Source: an uncultured Solirubrobacteraceae bacterium (GTDB lineage: Bacteria; Actinomycetota; Thermoleophilia; Solirubrobacterales; Solirubrobacteraceae). From it: a stretch of DNA of 64,000 bases. The notes below the pieces were generated by a model, which saw nothing but the letters and a program-made list of their open reading frames with translations, made no database searches and was not told the origin of the DNA. The stretch lies in contig CAWCKZ010000006.1 in NCBI GenBank assembly GCA_963796305.1, forward strand, positions 511,210 to 575,209. The letters are read 5' to 3'. Shown one piece after another: positions 34,186 through 44,350 of this stretch. A program made the position numbers and the translations under genes. Positions within the stretch are counted from its first letter, which is position 1; each line of letters opens with the position of its first letter.

Positions 34186-36048
34186 TCAGTAATAGTCTTC
34201 GACCGTCATCGACCAGCGCGCCTGGTCCTGGCCGGCGGTGACTTCCACACGATAGGTACCCCGCCCCTGTTCGAAGACGTGCGTGTGTGGTCCGCCTTCG
34301 TCGAGTTCGAAGCTGCCGAAGCCCGCGCCGCCGCCGACGTCGCGCGCCTGCGCGCTGGGCCCCATGCACACGAGCAGGAGCAGGCAGGTGCCCTGGTAGG
34401 ACATCCGGTAGCTCACGCGCCAGCGCTCGCCGAGGATGCTGAACGGAACCGAGTTGCCGGCTCCGGTGCCCGAGAACGTCGTCAGCGCCCGCCAGTGCGG
34501 CGCCTCCACGACGCTGAGGTCGACGGTCCTCCCGCGCGGCACCGTCGCGCCGCCGGCGGGCGACTGCCGCGTCACCGAGCCCACCGCCTTGCCGGGGGCT
34601 GCGACGAGGATCGTGTGGTAGCGCAGGCCGGCGCCCGCGATCGCGCTCTCGGCGGCGGTGGCCTGTTCGCCGACGACCCCCGGCACCTTCACGGGCGGCG
34701 GCCCGGCGCTGAGCACCACCGCCACGGACGTGCCGTCGGCGACGCGCTTGCCGGGCGAGGGGGACTGCGCTATTGCCACCCCTGCAGGCGCTTCGGAGTG
34801 GCGCTCGGTGAAGACGGGGCGCACGTGCAGTCGGCGGGCGCGCGCCTCGACACCCCCGCGCGGCAAACCGCGCAGATCGGGAACGGTCGTGTGGCCGGTG
34901 CCGCCGCTGAGCAGGAGCACCAGCGCGAGCGCACCAGCCGCCAGCGCGAGCAATGCCGCTGCCGCGATCCAGCGACGGCGCCGGTGGCGCGGCGAGGGCG
35001 CGCGCGTAGGCGGCGGGAGCCGCCCCGGCCCGTCCGCCGGCGGGTGGGCAGGCGCGGCACCCCCATCTCCGTTCGCCCCGGCGGCGGCTGCGCCCGTTGC
35101 TCGCGCCGGCTGCGTGAGCGCGGCGGCGAGGTCGATCGTGGGCGGATCTGCGAGCACTTCCGTGACCCCGGTGCCCTCGTCCTCGAGCGGGGTGCGGCGC
35201 GGGCCGGTGATCCCCGGGGAGTCGGGGTCGAGATCGACCTCGGCGAGGGCGCTCGCCATCGCCAGCCCGTCTCGGTAGCGCCGCCGCGGCTCCTTCTCGA
35301 GTGCCTTCTCGGCGATCCGGCGAAGGTCTCGCGGGACCTGCGCCGGCAGCGACTGCGGACGCTCGCCGACGTGGCGCAGCCCCAGCTCGACCGGAGACCC
35401 GGTTGCGAACGGCGGCTCTCCGGCGAGCATCTCGTAGAGGACCACGCCGGCGCTGTAGACGTCCGTTGCGGGCGTCGCCGGGAGACCGCGCGCCTGCTCG
35501 GGCGCCATGTAGCGCGGCGTGCCCGCAATCGTCGCCGAGGGAGCCTGGGAGGTGGCGTCGGCGAGCCGTGCCACACCGAAGTCGCCCACCTTCACGCCGC
35601 CGTCGCTCGCGAGCAGGACGTTGGCGGGCTTGACATCGCAGTGCACCACCCCCTGCGCGTGCGCGCTGCCCAGCGCGCGGCAGAGCTGCTCGGCGATCGC
35701 CCGCGCCTGCGCGGGCGCGAGCGCCCCGGCGCTCAGCCGTTCGGCGAGGCTCTCCCCGTCGATCAGCTCGGCGACGTAGTAGGGGCCCTCGTCGGCGTCG
35801 CCGATGTCGAAGATCTGCACGATCCCCGGATCGGTGACGCTCGCGAGCAGCTGCGCCTCGCGCTGAAAGCGCTCCACCCAGTCGCTGTCCTCCGCCCACC
35901 ACGGCTTGATCACCTTCACGGCGACGGGCCGCGCGAGCCGCCGGTCGATCCCGCGATAGACGCGGCCGAAGGCGCCTTCGCCGATCACCGCGTGCAGCTC
36001 GTAGCGGCCGTCGAGCGCGCGGCCGGCGAGATCGGGTGCGACGGGCAT
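34186..36048 (-). CDS. Ser/Thr protein kinase with TM and two PASTA domains
   Basis: IGEGAFG, VAVK, HCDVKPAN, DFG, YMAPEQ, TM helix and two VP..G PASTA repeats. Confidence 0.92.
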   Translation of the reverse strand: MPVAPDLAGRALDGRYELHAVIGEGAFGRVYRGIDRRLARPVAVKVIKPWWAEDSDWVERFQREAQLLASVTDPGIVQIFDIGDADEGPYYVAELIDGESLAERLSAGALAPAQARAIAEQLCRALGSAHAQGVVHCDVKPANVLLASDGGVKVGDFGVARLADATSQAPSATIAGTPRYMAPEQARGLPATPATDVYSAGVVLYEMLAGEPPFATGSPVELGLRHVGERPQSLPAQVPRDLRRIAEKALEKEPRRRYRDGLAMASALAEVDLDPDSPGITGPRRTPLEDEGTGVTEVLADPPTIDLAAALTQPARATGAAAAGANGDGGAAPAHPPADGPGRLPPPTRAPSPRHRRRRWIAAAALLALAAGALALVLLLSGGTGHTTVPDLRGLPRGGVEARARRLHVRPVFTERHSEAPAGVAIAQSPSPGKRVADGTSVAVVLSAGPPPVKVPGVVGEQATAAESAIAGAGLRYHTILVAAPGKAVGSVTRQSPAGGATVPRGRTVDLSVVEAPHWRALTTFSGTGAGNSVPFSILGERWRVSYRMSYQGTCLLLLVCMGPSAQARDVGGGAGFGSFELDEGGPHTHVFEQGRGTYRVEVTAGQDQARWSMTVEDYY

Positions 36049-36259
36049 CCACCGAGTATTCCGCGCGGACGGGTTCGCTGCCACGGCAAACCGCGCCCGC
36101 ACGAGCGCGGGCAGCGCCTGGCGCTACGCTCCGGCGGCGCTTCAATCGCGGCGCCACCGGCGCACGGCAGGCGCCCGATGCAGCGCAGTCGAGTGTGATG
36201 ATGACCGCCGAGATCCAACAGGGCCGTCGCTGCGCGAGCGCCATCCAGGTCGATCGCGA

Positions 36260-37243
36260 ATGCGGCTGAGTGGCTTGAGCCGCCGCACGCACGAGCTCGC
36301 CGAGCGCGCGGGCGAGTACGGCCGGACCGCAGCGGCGCGCGTCGAGTTGCTGCGCCCACGGGTGCCCGCGCTCGACAGGGCGCTGCACGCGCACGAGCGC
36401 GACCGGAGCATCGGCGGGAGCCTGCTGGCGGGAGCCCTCGCCTTCCGTCTGTTCGTCTCGCTGCTGCCGTTCGCGCTGCTGGTGGTGGCGCTGCTCGGGC
36501 TCGCTGCGCGCGAAGACTCCTCGGCGCCGCGTGACATCGCCGGCGGGATCGGCATGAGCGAAGCGACCCTCAGCTCGGTGGCGGACTCGGCGAAGCTGTC
36601 CCAGGGCGCACAGCTGAGCGTCATCGTCTTCGCGCTGTTCGCGCTGGCGGTCGCCTCGTTCTCCGCGGTCAGGGCGCTGCGGACGGTTCACGCCCTCGCC
36701 TGGGGGCTGCCGCTGCGCCGCTTCCAGCGGACGGTGTCGGCATCCGCGGCGTTCGTGGGCTGGTCCACGCTGTTCTTCGCGATGTGGGCGCTCGGCGGCT
36801 GGTCGCGCGCGAGCCTCGGCGCCGCCGGCCTGCCGCTCACGATCGCCCTGCTCGGCGGGTTCTTCTTGCTGTGGCTCGCGGTGTCGAGCGAGCTGCCGCA
36901 CCCCGAGGGACTCTCGTGGCGCGCGTTCATCCCGGGGGCAGCGCTCGTCGCGGCCGGGATGGAGGCGATCCACCTCGCCACGGTCCTCTACTTCTCACAC
37001 AAGGCAGAGCAGGCGTCGGCCTCGTACGGCGCCCTCGGCGCCGCGCTCGTGCTGCTGCTCTGGCTCTACCTCCTCGGCCGGCTGATCGTGGCTGCGGCGT
37101 TCCTCAACGCGGCGGTTTGGGAAAGCCGCTCGGGCCAGCGGGGCTCGCCGCCGGATGCTGTGGGCTCAGCGTCGCTTGGAGGCCCGGACGCCGCCGGCGA
37201 CGGTTCAGCGGCACAAGGCACAGCACGGGCATCAGGGCATTAA
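36260..37243 (+). CDS. YihY/BrkB family membrane protein
   Basis: ALAFRLFVSLLP, PGAALVA and YGALG...LLWLY. Confidence 0.8.
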   Translation: MRLSGLSRRTHELAERAGEYGRTAAARVELLRPRVPALDRALHAHERDRSIGGSLLAGALAFRLFVSLLPFALLVVALLGLAAREDSSAPRDIAGGIGMSEATLSSVADSAKLSQGAQLSVIVFALFALAVASFSAVRALRTVHALAWGLPLRRFQRTVSASAAFVGWSTLFFAMWALGGWSRASLGAAGLPLTIALLGGFFLLWLAVSSELPHPEGLSWRAFIPGAALVAAGMEAIHLATVLYFSHKAEQASASYGALGAALVLLLWLYLLGRLIVAAAFLNAAVWESRSGQRGSPPDAVGSASLGGPDAAGDGSAAQGTARASGH

Positions 37244-37608
37244 CGCGCGTCGAAGCCGAAGGTTGGCGGGACGCACGCACTTGCCGAACATCCGCAAACA
37301 GCGCAGATCCGCGAGCGCCTCCTGCCAACCTCGCCGGGCGGGGGGCGTTAACAACAACGCAGTGATCGACGGGAAGAAAGCGAACGCGGCACCCTGGCAC
37401 GGCGGCTTGCCCGGCGGCGGAGACCGCCGCGGCGATGTCGCTGAGCCGAGCCGGTGCCTTGTGTGGTGTGGCTGCAGGGACGAACAAGCGAGCACGGTCG
37501 AGGAGAGGCTCTATGGGCCTGCCGCGGTCATCGCCTGAGTCAGTCACCCTCCGAGGGAGGTCCCCGCTGGAACCCGGGGGCCTCCCTCTCCCCGCTCGCG
37601 AGGCCGAG

Positions 37609-38085
37609 ATGACGGAGAGCAACCTCGGGTTGCACGCGGCGATCGTGGAGGCGGTTCGAGCCCGTGAGGTGCCGGAGCAGGTGCTCTCGCCCACGTTCGT
37701 GATGGTGAACCGCGCGAGCACCGTCACCGACCGCATCTACCGCGGCGCGATGGGGTGGCGCGACTGGATGAACGACATCTTCGAAGAGTTCCGCCAGGAC
37801 GCGCGCTTCGAACTCGACGAGCTCCTCGCAGCAACCGACGAGCTCGTCGTGGCGAGCTACAGCATCGCGGGCACGAGCGTGCGCTCGGGGCGGCCGCTCT
37901 TCTTCGGCTGGGTGGGGGTCACCTGGTTCCACCACGGCCGTGCCGTCCACGCGATGGCCCACTCGACGCGCACCCGTGCGCTCGAGGCGGCGAGGGCGCA
38001 GCCGGCGATCCGCCGGCCCTCGCGCGAGCCGCGCCCGCGCCCGCGCCTGCGACCGGTGCCGGCGAGCCCGTTCGCCAGGCGCTAG
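37609..38085 (+). CDS. SnoaL/NTF2-like protein
   Basis: YRGAMGWRDW, VV...G...SG and ALEAA pattern. Confidence 0.65.
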   Translation: MTESNLGLHAAIVEAVRAREVPEQVLSPTFVMVNRASTVTDRIYRGAMGWRDWMNDIFEEFRQDARFELDELLAATDELVVASYSIAGTSVRSGRPLFFGWVGVTWFHHGRAVHAMAHSTRTRALEAARAQPAIRRPSREPRPRPRLRPVPASPFARR

Positions 38086-38162
38086 CGGGTTGCAATGAAG
38101 GTGTCGTGGCGAGGGCGTTGCTGATCTACACTTCGATGGCGGACGGAACTGCGAGGAGAGGG

Positions 38163-39507
38163 ATGACAAGGGTCGCGGACTCTGGAGATCGGTGGGCAGC
38201 TTGGCGCGCGCTGCGGTTCGCTTGGGTGGCCGTGGCGGTGGTGCTCGGAGCGCTGACGATCGGCGCGGCGAGCGCGCCGGCGATCATCCTGCACGTCGGT
38301 CACAAGCGGCTCAGCTACCAGCCTGTGGCAGCGTCGCGAGGGTTGGCGAGTCCGTTCTCGAGCCCGAAAAACACCCAGGGCCCGAAAAACAGTTCGAACA
38401 CGCCGCTCGAATACTACGGCGGGCCCGTTATGACGTCGAACACGAACTACCCCCTCTACTGGGCTCCGGGGGGAGCCGGCGAATACCCCGCCGGCTACCA
38501 GAGCGGGATCAACAAGTGGTTCGAAGACCTCGCCGCATGACAGCGGCGGCGTGCAGAACACCGACTCCGTCCTCACGCAGTACAAAGACTCCGCAGGCGA
38601 ATTCGCCAACTACGACTCGCACTTCGGTGGGGCGCTCCTCGACACGAACCCCTACCCCGCGAACGGCTGCACCCAGGCGACCGTGTGCCTCACCGACCAG
38701 CAGCTGACGGCGCAGCTCGTGAGCTTCATCGAACAGCACAAACTGCCCACCGGCCTCGCACACGAGTACTTCATCCTCACGCCACCCGGCGTCGAGACCT
38801 GCACCGAACAAAAAGGGAAAACGTGCTCGGAGGGCTCGAAACACCCGAGCTACTGCGCGTATCACAGCTACGTCAACGCCCCGAGCGGCGTCGTGATCTA
38901 CGCCGACAACCCGTACGTGAACGGCCTCAACTGCGACTTCGCCGAAAGCGGCGAAGAAGAACAGCACCCCAACGGGGTCGCCGACTCGGCGATCGGGGGC
39001 GGCCTCGCGCACGAGCACAGCGAGTCGGTCACAGACCCCGAGATCAACGCGTGGCACGACAGCAAAGAACGCGAGGCCGCGGACAAGTGCCGCACGTTCA
39101 ACGTCCCCAACGAATACGGCGAAAAGCTCGGGAACGCGCCCGACGGGGCGAAGTACAACCAGGTGATAAACGGCGACCTCTACTGGTACCAGCAGGAGTG
39201 GAGCAACGAAACCGGCGGCTGCCAGCAGCGCCTCGCGGCGGCGCCGTCGATCAAGAAGCTCAAGCCGAAAAGCGGTGCGCTCGGAGGAAAAACGCTGGTA
39301 ACGATCACCGGGGCGGGCTTCACCGCCCCCGCCAGCGTCCAGTTCGGCGCACACCCGGGTGCAAACGTGAAAGTCGCCTCCCCGACCACGATCACCGTCG
39401 AAAGCCCTGCGGGCGAAGCACCCGGCTTCGTCAACGTGACCGTGACCACGTCAGGGGGCACGAGCCCCGTGACGAGCAAGACCCGCTTCAAGTACAAGAA
39501 CAAGTAG
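38163..39507 (+). CDS. Secreted Phi-1/EXORDIUM-like protein with C-terminal IPT/TIG domain (frameshift near 38535)
   Basis: Signal peptide, YYGGPVM, CAYHS, HEHSESVTDP and EAADKC; IPT 'PKSG..GG..VTITG.GF...V.FG'. Confidence 0.7.
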
Positions 39508-39854
39508 CGCCGCGTTCTGGGCGGGCGCGGTTTGACCGCCTGCACCGCTGCGGGACGTGCGTCGCGCGGCGTGCCCTGGGCGAGCGCGGTTGACACTCGT
39601 CGGCGCCGCGGGAGTGCGTCGCGCCGCGGCCGGCCGCGGCCGACGGACCGCCGACTCACCGGGGCCACGGCGGCTGTCGGCGCCGGAGCGCCCGGGCGAT
39701 GCTCCCGGAGGCCCGAGCGCTACGAAGGCGCGGCGGCAGCCCCTCGACTCGCCGGTGAGCGAGCCGCCAACAAACGCGGGCGACGGACCCACGACTCAGC
39801 GACCGGCTGAGCCTGCACGAGCTCGGGCGACGGCCGGCGACTCAGACCGCCGGG

Positions 39855-41418
39855 TCAGGGTGCGGCGTGTTCTTCGCGTCTGCGCTGGCGTTCTTCGCGC
39901 AGCTTGAGGCGTTCTTCTTCGGTGCGCGGCGGTCGTTCGCTTTTACCGAAGCGTTTTTCTTCGCGTTTGTGTTCGCGTTCTTCTTCGCTCGGCGGCGTGC
40001 GAGATCCGCCCACCTTGTGCCGTTCTTCTTCGTCCTTGCGCTTGTTTTCTTCCGATTTGCGCTTGTGTTCTTCCGCCTTGTGCTGGCGTTCTTGGGCTTT
40101 CAGGGCACGTTCTTCGCTTTGCTTCTTGCGTGTCTTCTTCGGTCTTGTGGGTATGGCTCGAGCCACCGCCCGAAGACGACTTGGACGAGGATTCGCCGCC
40201 CTTGCCGTGGCTTTCCTTCGCCTTGCCCGAGCCGCCGCCACCACCGGCGCCGAGGTCGGGGATGGCGCCGGGCTGCACCTGCCCCCAGGTGTGCGTGACG
40301 CCGCTCTGCCCGCCGCCGGCGACGCGTCCGCCCGTTGCCGGGCGACCGCCCTGTGCGGTCCCTTCGCTCGCGGCGCCGAGGTAGCCGCCGCCGCTCGCGC
40401 GGCCCGTGGAGGCGGTGAGACGCAGCGAGCTGCGCCCCGATGACGACGCGCCGCTTTCGGAGCCCAGGGAGCCGTCGAGCGCGGCGACGCCGACTCCGGA
40501 GGCGGCGCCGACCGCAACGACCCCGGCGGCGACCTTTGCGACGAGCGCCTTCATGCCGCCGCCCGCGATCACCGCGGTCCCCGCCACCGAGCCGCCCACC
40601 GCGGTGCCGCCGACATACAGGCCGGGCATACCCGCGTTGTCGATCACGTCCTGGAGCGCCCGCATCTTCAGAGCGAGGGAGGGCACGATCGGCATCAGCG
40701 CGGCGAAGTGCCGGCGCTGTCCCGCGAGCGCGTCCTCGTACTCGCGGCATCCACCGCAGGTGCGCAGGTGCCGGCGCAGCCGGCGCTTGCGCAGCGCCGC
40801 GCCGCGCGCGGTGGCGAGCTCCTTGCGGATGTCCGTGCAGTCAGCCTCGCGGGCGACTCGCTCGGAGATCAGGTTGGTGCGCGCCTGGTAGGCATAGGCC
40901 TTCACCTGCTCGGAGCGCACGCCGAGGACCGTGGCGATCTCCGCCTGGCTCAGGCCGTGGAGCTCGGACAACACGAGCGTCGCCCGCTGGCGCTCGGGGA
41001 GCTCGCGCAGGTTGGCGAGCATGTGGCGGACCTCGTCGTGTACTTCGAGTTCGTGGTAGGGGTCGCCGTTCAGCGCCGGCTCGCCGTTGAGCTCCACCCA
41101 CGGGTGGCGCTTGCGCAGGGTGCTCAGGCAGCTGTTGCGCGCGATCGTGAACAGCCACGGCCGCAGCGTCACCGGCTTCTCGGTGGCGAGCAGCGACCGG
41201 TAGGCCGAGGCGAACGTCGCCTGGACGGCGTCCTCGGCGTCGTGCCGGGAGGCGAGCATGTAGAGGCAGAACGACAGGAGGCTCGACGAGTAGCGGTCGT
41301 ACAGCACCTCGAAGGCGGCGGGGTCGCCGTTGCGCACGCCTTTGACGAGCCGCTCGTCACCCGCCAGACGCAGCACGACGCGAGAGCCCTTCTGGAACGG
41401 TTGGTACCTCTCCGCCAA
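39855..41418 (-). CDS. ECF sigma factor with fused zinc-finger, TM-like segment and charged tail (frameshift near 40120)
   Basis: DAEDAVQATF, WLFTIARN, LPERQR...EIA and HLRTCGGC. Confidence 0.85.
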
Positions 41419-41765
41419 TTCTGCTCCCGTCGCGCACGCCGCACACCAGCCCGGCGTCTCTCCCTCTTGATGGTTCGAGCCCGTCGAACCGGCCTACAAA
41501 CTCGCGGTCATTATATGCCCTCGGATGCCTAGGCATGAACATTAGGCGCCCGGCAAGGCTCACTGAGCCGGTGCGCAAGCTGCTGTACGCCGGCACATCT
41601 CGGCGGCTGCTGCTTCATCGGGGCGCAACCCTTACTGCGTGGCGAGCAGACCAGCCGCCGCGCGGACACGGTCCACCGGTGCTTATGGTCGATTTAGCGC
41701 CGGCTTATCCTGAGCCCACACCATCCGGGTGCACTGCGGGGACGCCCGCTTAGTCAGAGGTCTCG

Positions 41766-42371
41766 ATGAAAGCGCTCCTGAAAAAGAAGCTGTTGGTGAC
41801 GGCGATCGCGGCGACGCTGCTCGGCGGCGGCGCCGTGGCGGTGGCGGCGACTCGCTCCGGCTCGTCCTCGAGCCGCGAAGCCTACCTCTCCGACGTCGCC
41901 AAACGGCTCGGCGTCTCGACGAGCGCGCTGACGAGCGCGATGCAGGCTGCCGGCATCGACAGGCTCGAAGCCGCGGTTGCGGAAGGCCGGCTGACGCCGG
42001 CCCAGGCGAGCAAGCTCGAGCAGAAGATCCGCGAAGGGAAGGGCCCGCTCTCCGGCAAGCCCGGCGCCCACGGCGGTCTGCTCGGCGTGACGGCGCGCTA
42101 CCTGGGCCTCACTCCACTGGCCCTGCGCACCCAGCGCGCCGCGGGCAAGTCGCTCGCGCAGATCGCGGCTGCCACCCCCGGCAAGTCGGCGGCGGGGCTC
42201 AGCGCGGCGATCACCTCCGCCGAGAAGGCGAAGCTGGCGGCGGCTGCCTCGAACGGGCGCATCACCTCGCAGCAGGCGCAAAGGCGGCTCCATGCGCTCG
42301 CCCCGCACGTCCAGACGCTCCTCCAGCGCACTGCTCCGCCGCGGGCGGGCGGGAAGCGGCACCGTGGCTGA
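41766..42371 (+). CDS. Secreted helical hypothetical protein
   Basis: Signal peptide; repeated AV..GRLT..QA; GKSLAQIA. Confidence 0.7.
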   Translation: MKALLKKKLLVTAIAATLLGGGAVAVAATRSGSSSSREAYLSDVAKRLGVSTSALTSAMQAAGIDRLEAAVAEGRLTPAQASKLEQKIREGKGPLSGKPGAHGGLLGVTARYLGLTPLALRTQRAAGKSLAQIAAATPGKSAAGLSAAITSAEKAKLAAAASNGRITSQQAQRRLHALAPHVQTLLQRTAPPRAGGKRHRG

Positions 42372-42984
42372 GAGCCCTCGGCAGCGGGACGGCGAGCGAG
42401 CTGCCGCCGGACGCCCGGGGATCGCGAAACGGCGATCCCGTGCGCTGAACAGCGCGGCCTCGCTCGTGGCGGCGGCGATGCTCGCGCTGGGGCTCGCCGC
42501 ATGCGGAAGCAGCGGCGGCTCCGGGGGAGAAGGTGGCGGGCAGGAACCGGCGGCGAGCGCCGAAGGAAGCCCGCAGCCGAAGAACCCGGTTCAGGCGCGC
42601 CTCGAAGCGGAAGCGTCGACGGTCGCGAAGGCCACCCCCCAGGCAGCCGTACCCGCGCAGGCCGCGACGGCGCACAAGCACAAGCACACGAAGACCCACC
42701 ACGCCAGGCATGGCTCCAAGACGACCTCCTCGCAGTCAACGAAGAGCCCCGCGCCCACCGGCAAGAACAAGAAGAACGCCGGAACCACGCCGAAACAGGC
42801 GCCGGCTACGGGCGGCCTCGAAGGGGTCGTGGTGACGCCCGTGAGCGGCACGCCCTCCCCGACCGCGCCGCCGTCGAGCTCCGGCTCGGGCTCGTCCGGT
42901 GGATCGAGCAAACATCACGGCTCGAAAAAAGAACCCACCCACACCAAAGAACACCACAAGAAAGAACCCAAAAAAGGGCCGTAG
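42364..42984 (+). CDS. Low-complexity lipoprotein
   Basis: Lipobox LAAC; S/G/K/H-rich. Confidence 0.55.
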   Translation: MAESPRQRDGERAAAGRPGIAKRRSRALNSAASLVAAAMLALGLAACGSSGGSGGEGGGQEPAASAEGSPQPKNPVQARLEAEASTVAKATPQAAVPAQAATAHKHKHTKTHHARHGSKTTSSQSTKSPAPTGKNKKNAGTTPKQAPATGGLEGVVVTPVSGTPSPTAPPSSSGSGSSGGSSKHHGSKKEPTHTKEHHKKEPKKGP

Positions 42985-42992
42985 GGGCGTCC

Positions 42993-44048
42993 TCAGAGCG
43001 TGCTGAGCCGGGGGATGACCTGCTCACCCATGAGCCGGACCTGCTCACCCAACGTGGGCAGGCCCTCGACCTCTATCCCCGCCCAGGCGTTCAGCGTGAA
43101 GGGGTCGGTGAACGACACCAGCGCGTGATTGAAGCCGGCTGCGGCGTAGGTGTCGGTCAGCCAGCGCACCCACTCCTCGGGCGTTCCGGCAACCATCACC
43201 CGGTCGGCGATCTCATCCGGAGTGGCTTCCAGCGCGCGCTGGACGTCGCCCGCCTCGAACGCTTCGTTGACCGGGGCGAGGAGCTCGGGCTCGATCCCGT
43301 GGCGCTCGAGGAGCGCCGGCGGCATCGAGGGGAGGTAGAAGGCGGCGAGCACCCTCCCGGCCCGGCGCGCCACCTCACCGTCGGGGGCGATCGCGCCGAG
43401 CAGGGAGTCGCCGAGGTCGAGGCCCTCGCGGCTGCGCCCGGCCCGCTCCGCGCCCGCGAAGAAATGGTGTGCCGCGTAACGCAGCGCCTCGGATGAATAG
43501 GCGCAGCCGGTGTGCAGGCCGTCGGCGATCTCGCCCGCGAGCTCCATCGACATAGGTCCGCCCATCGCCCCGATCTTGAGCGGCACGTGCTCCTGGACGG
43601 GGCGGGCTGCGGTGGTGACGCCGGTGTAGCTGTAGAAGTCGCCCTGGAAGTCGATCGAGCCCTCCTCGAGGAAAGTGCGCATCACGCGGTGCGCCTCGCG
43701 CAGGCGGGCGATCGGGCGCGTCCCCTGCCACTCGACGCCGTACTGCTCGAGCATCGCGATGTTGCCGATGCCGATCACGACCTCGGCCCGTCCGTCGCTG
43801 AGCTCGTCGAGCGTCGCGGCGAGCTGGGCGACATAGGTCGGCTCGCGCATGTAGATCGGCGCAACGCACGGCCCCAGTCGGATCCGCTCGGTGTGTTTCG
43901 CCGCCGCCGCGAACAGCAGCCAGGGATCGCGGTGGTAGATCTCGTCGGCGCTGTAGCAGGCGTGGTAGCCGAGCCGGTCGGCGAGCGCGATCGCATCGAG
44001 CAGCTCCGACGCCGGCTGCTGTGGGAGCAGCTGGAGGCTCAGCAGCAT
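42993..44048 (-). CDS. LLM-class flavin/F420-dependent oxidoreductase
   Basis: TERIRLG, ATLDELSDGR, GAMGGP..ELAGEIADG and VAGTPEE. Confidence 0.9.
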   Translation of the reverse strand: MLLSLQLLPQQPASELLDAIALADRLGYHACYSADEIYHRDPWLLFAAAAKHTERIRLGPCVAPIYMREPTYVAQLAATLDELSDGRAEVVIGIGNIAMLEQYGVEWQGTRPIARLREAHRVMRTFLEEGSIDFQGDFYSYTGVTTAARPVQEHVPLKIGAMGGPMSMELAGEIADGLHTGCAYSSEALRYAAHHFFAGAERAGRSREGLDLGDSLLGAIAPDGEVARRAGRVLAAFYLPSMPPALLERHGIEPELLAPVNEAFEAGDVQRALEATPDEIADRVMVAGTPEEWVRWLTDTYAAAGFNHALVSFTDPFTLNAWAGIEVEGLPTLGEQVRLMGEQVIPRLSTL

Positions 44049-44083
44049 GCGCGGGTGAGCGTAGCCCGTTCTGGCTCGGTGCC

Positions 44084-44097
44084 TACTCCACCGCGAA
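44084..44097 (+). repeat. Target-site direct repeat copy 1 (TACTCCACCGCGAA)
   Basis: Identical to 47231-47244 and 53720-53733; extends to 16 bp with the 53718 copy. Confidence 0.9.
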
Positions 44098-44122
44098 GAG
44101 AAGATAGATCCTGGCTCTCGAC

Positions 44123-44140
44123 CTGGACTAGCCGTGACAG
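44123..44140 (+). repeat. Left subterminal inverted repeat CTGGACTAGCCGTGACAG
   Basis: Exact reverse complement of 53676-53693; both lie about 25 bp inside the direct repeats. Confidence 0.9.
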
Positions 44141-44204
44141 GTCTTGGGCGGAGGGCCGATAGAGGGGCGGGGGGCTGCTGCTTCTCGTCTCTATGAAGGA
44201 GGGC

Positions 44205-44350
44205 TGGTTGTCAAGTGGCGATCTGTGGTTCGGGTCGTCGTCCTTTCACGGCTGTTGGTCTTGGAGCGACGCTCATGTCTCTATGGCCTCCTCATCGGGA
44301 GGACCAGGCGAAATTGGATGTTCGCTCGGGCGCAAGTCCAAAGAGGGCGG
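44205..44350 (-). ncRNA. Candidate seekRNA/bridge RNA region of the IS1111-type element
   Basis: Non-coding region after the transposase stop; contains CATAGAGAC (identical to the right-end/core sequence) and TTGGAC (identical to the target flank plus core). Confidence 0.6.

Noticed and set aside
36085-36120. GGCAAACC hairpin resembling a c-di-GMP-I riboswitch start
   Set aside because: Lacks the GACGCAAA segment and the second stem.
34070-36973. 967-aa Arg-rich ORF and similar long antisense or off-frame ORFs
   Set aside because: High-GC shadow frames overlapping well-supported genes, with no motifs.
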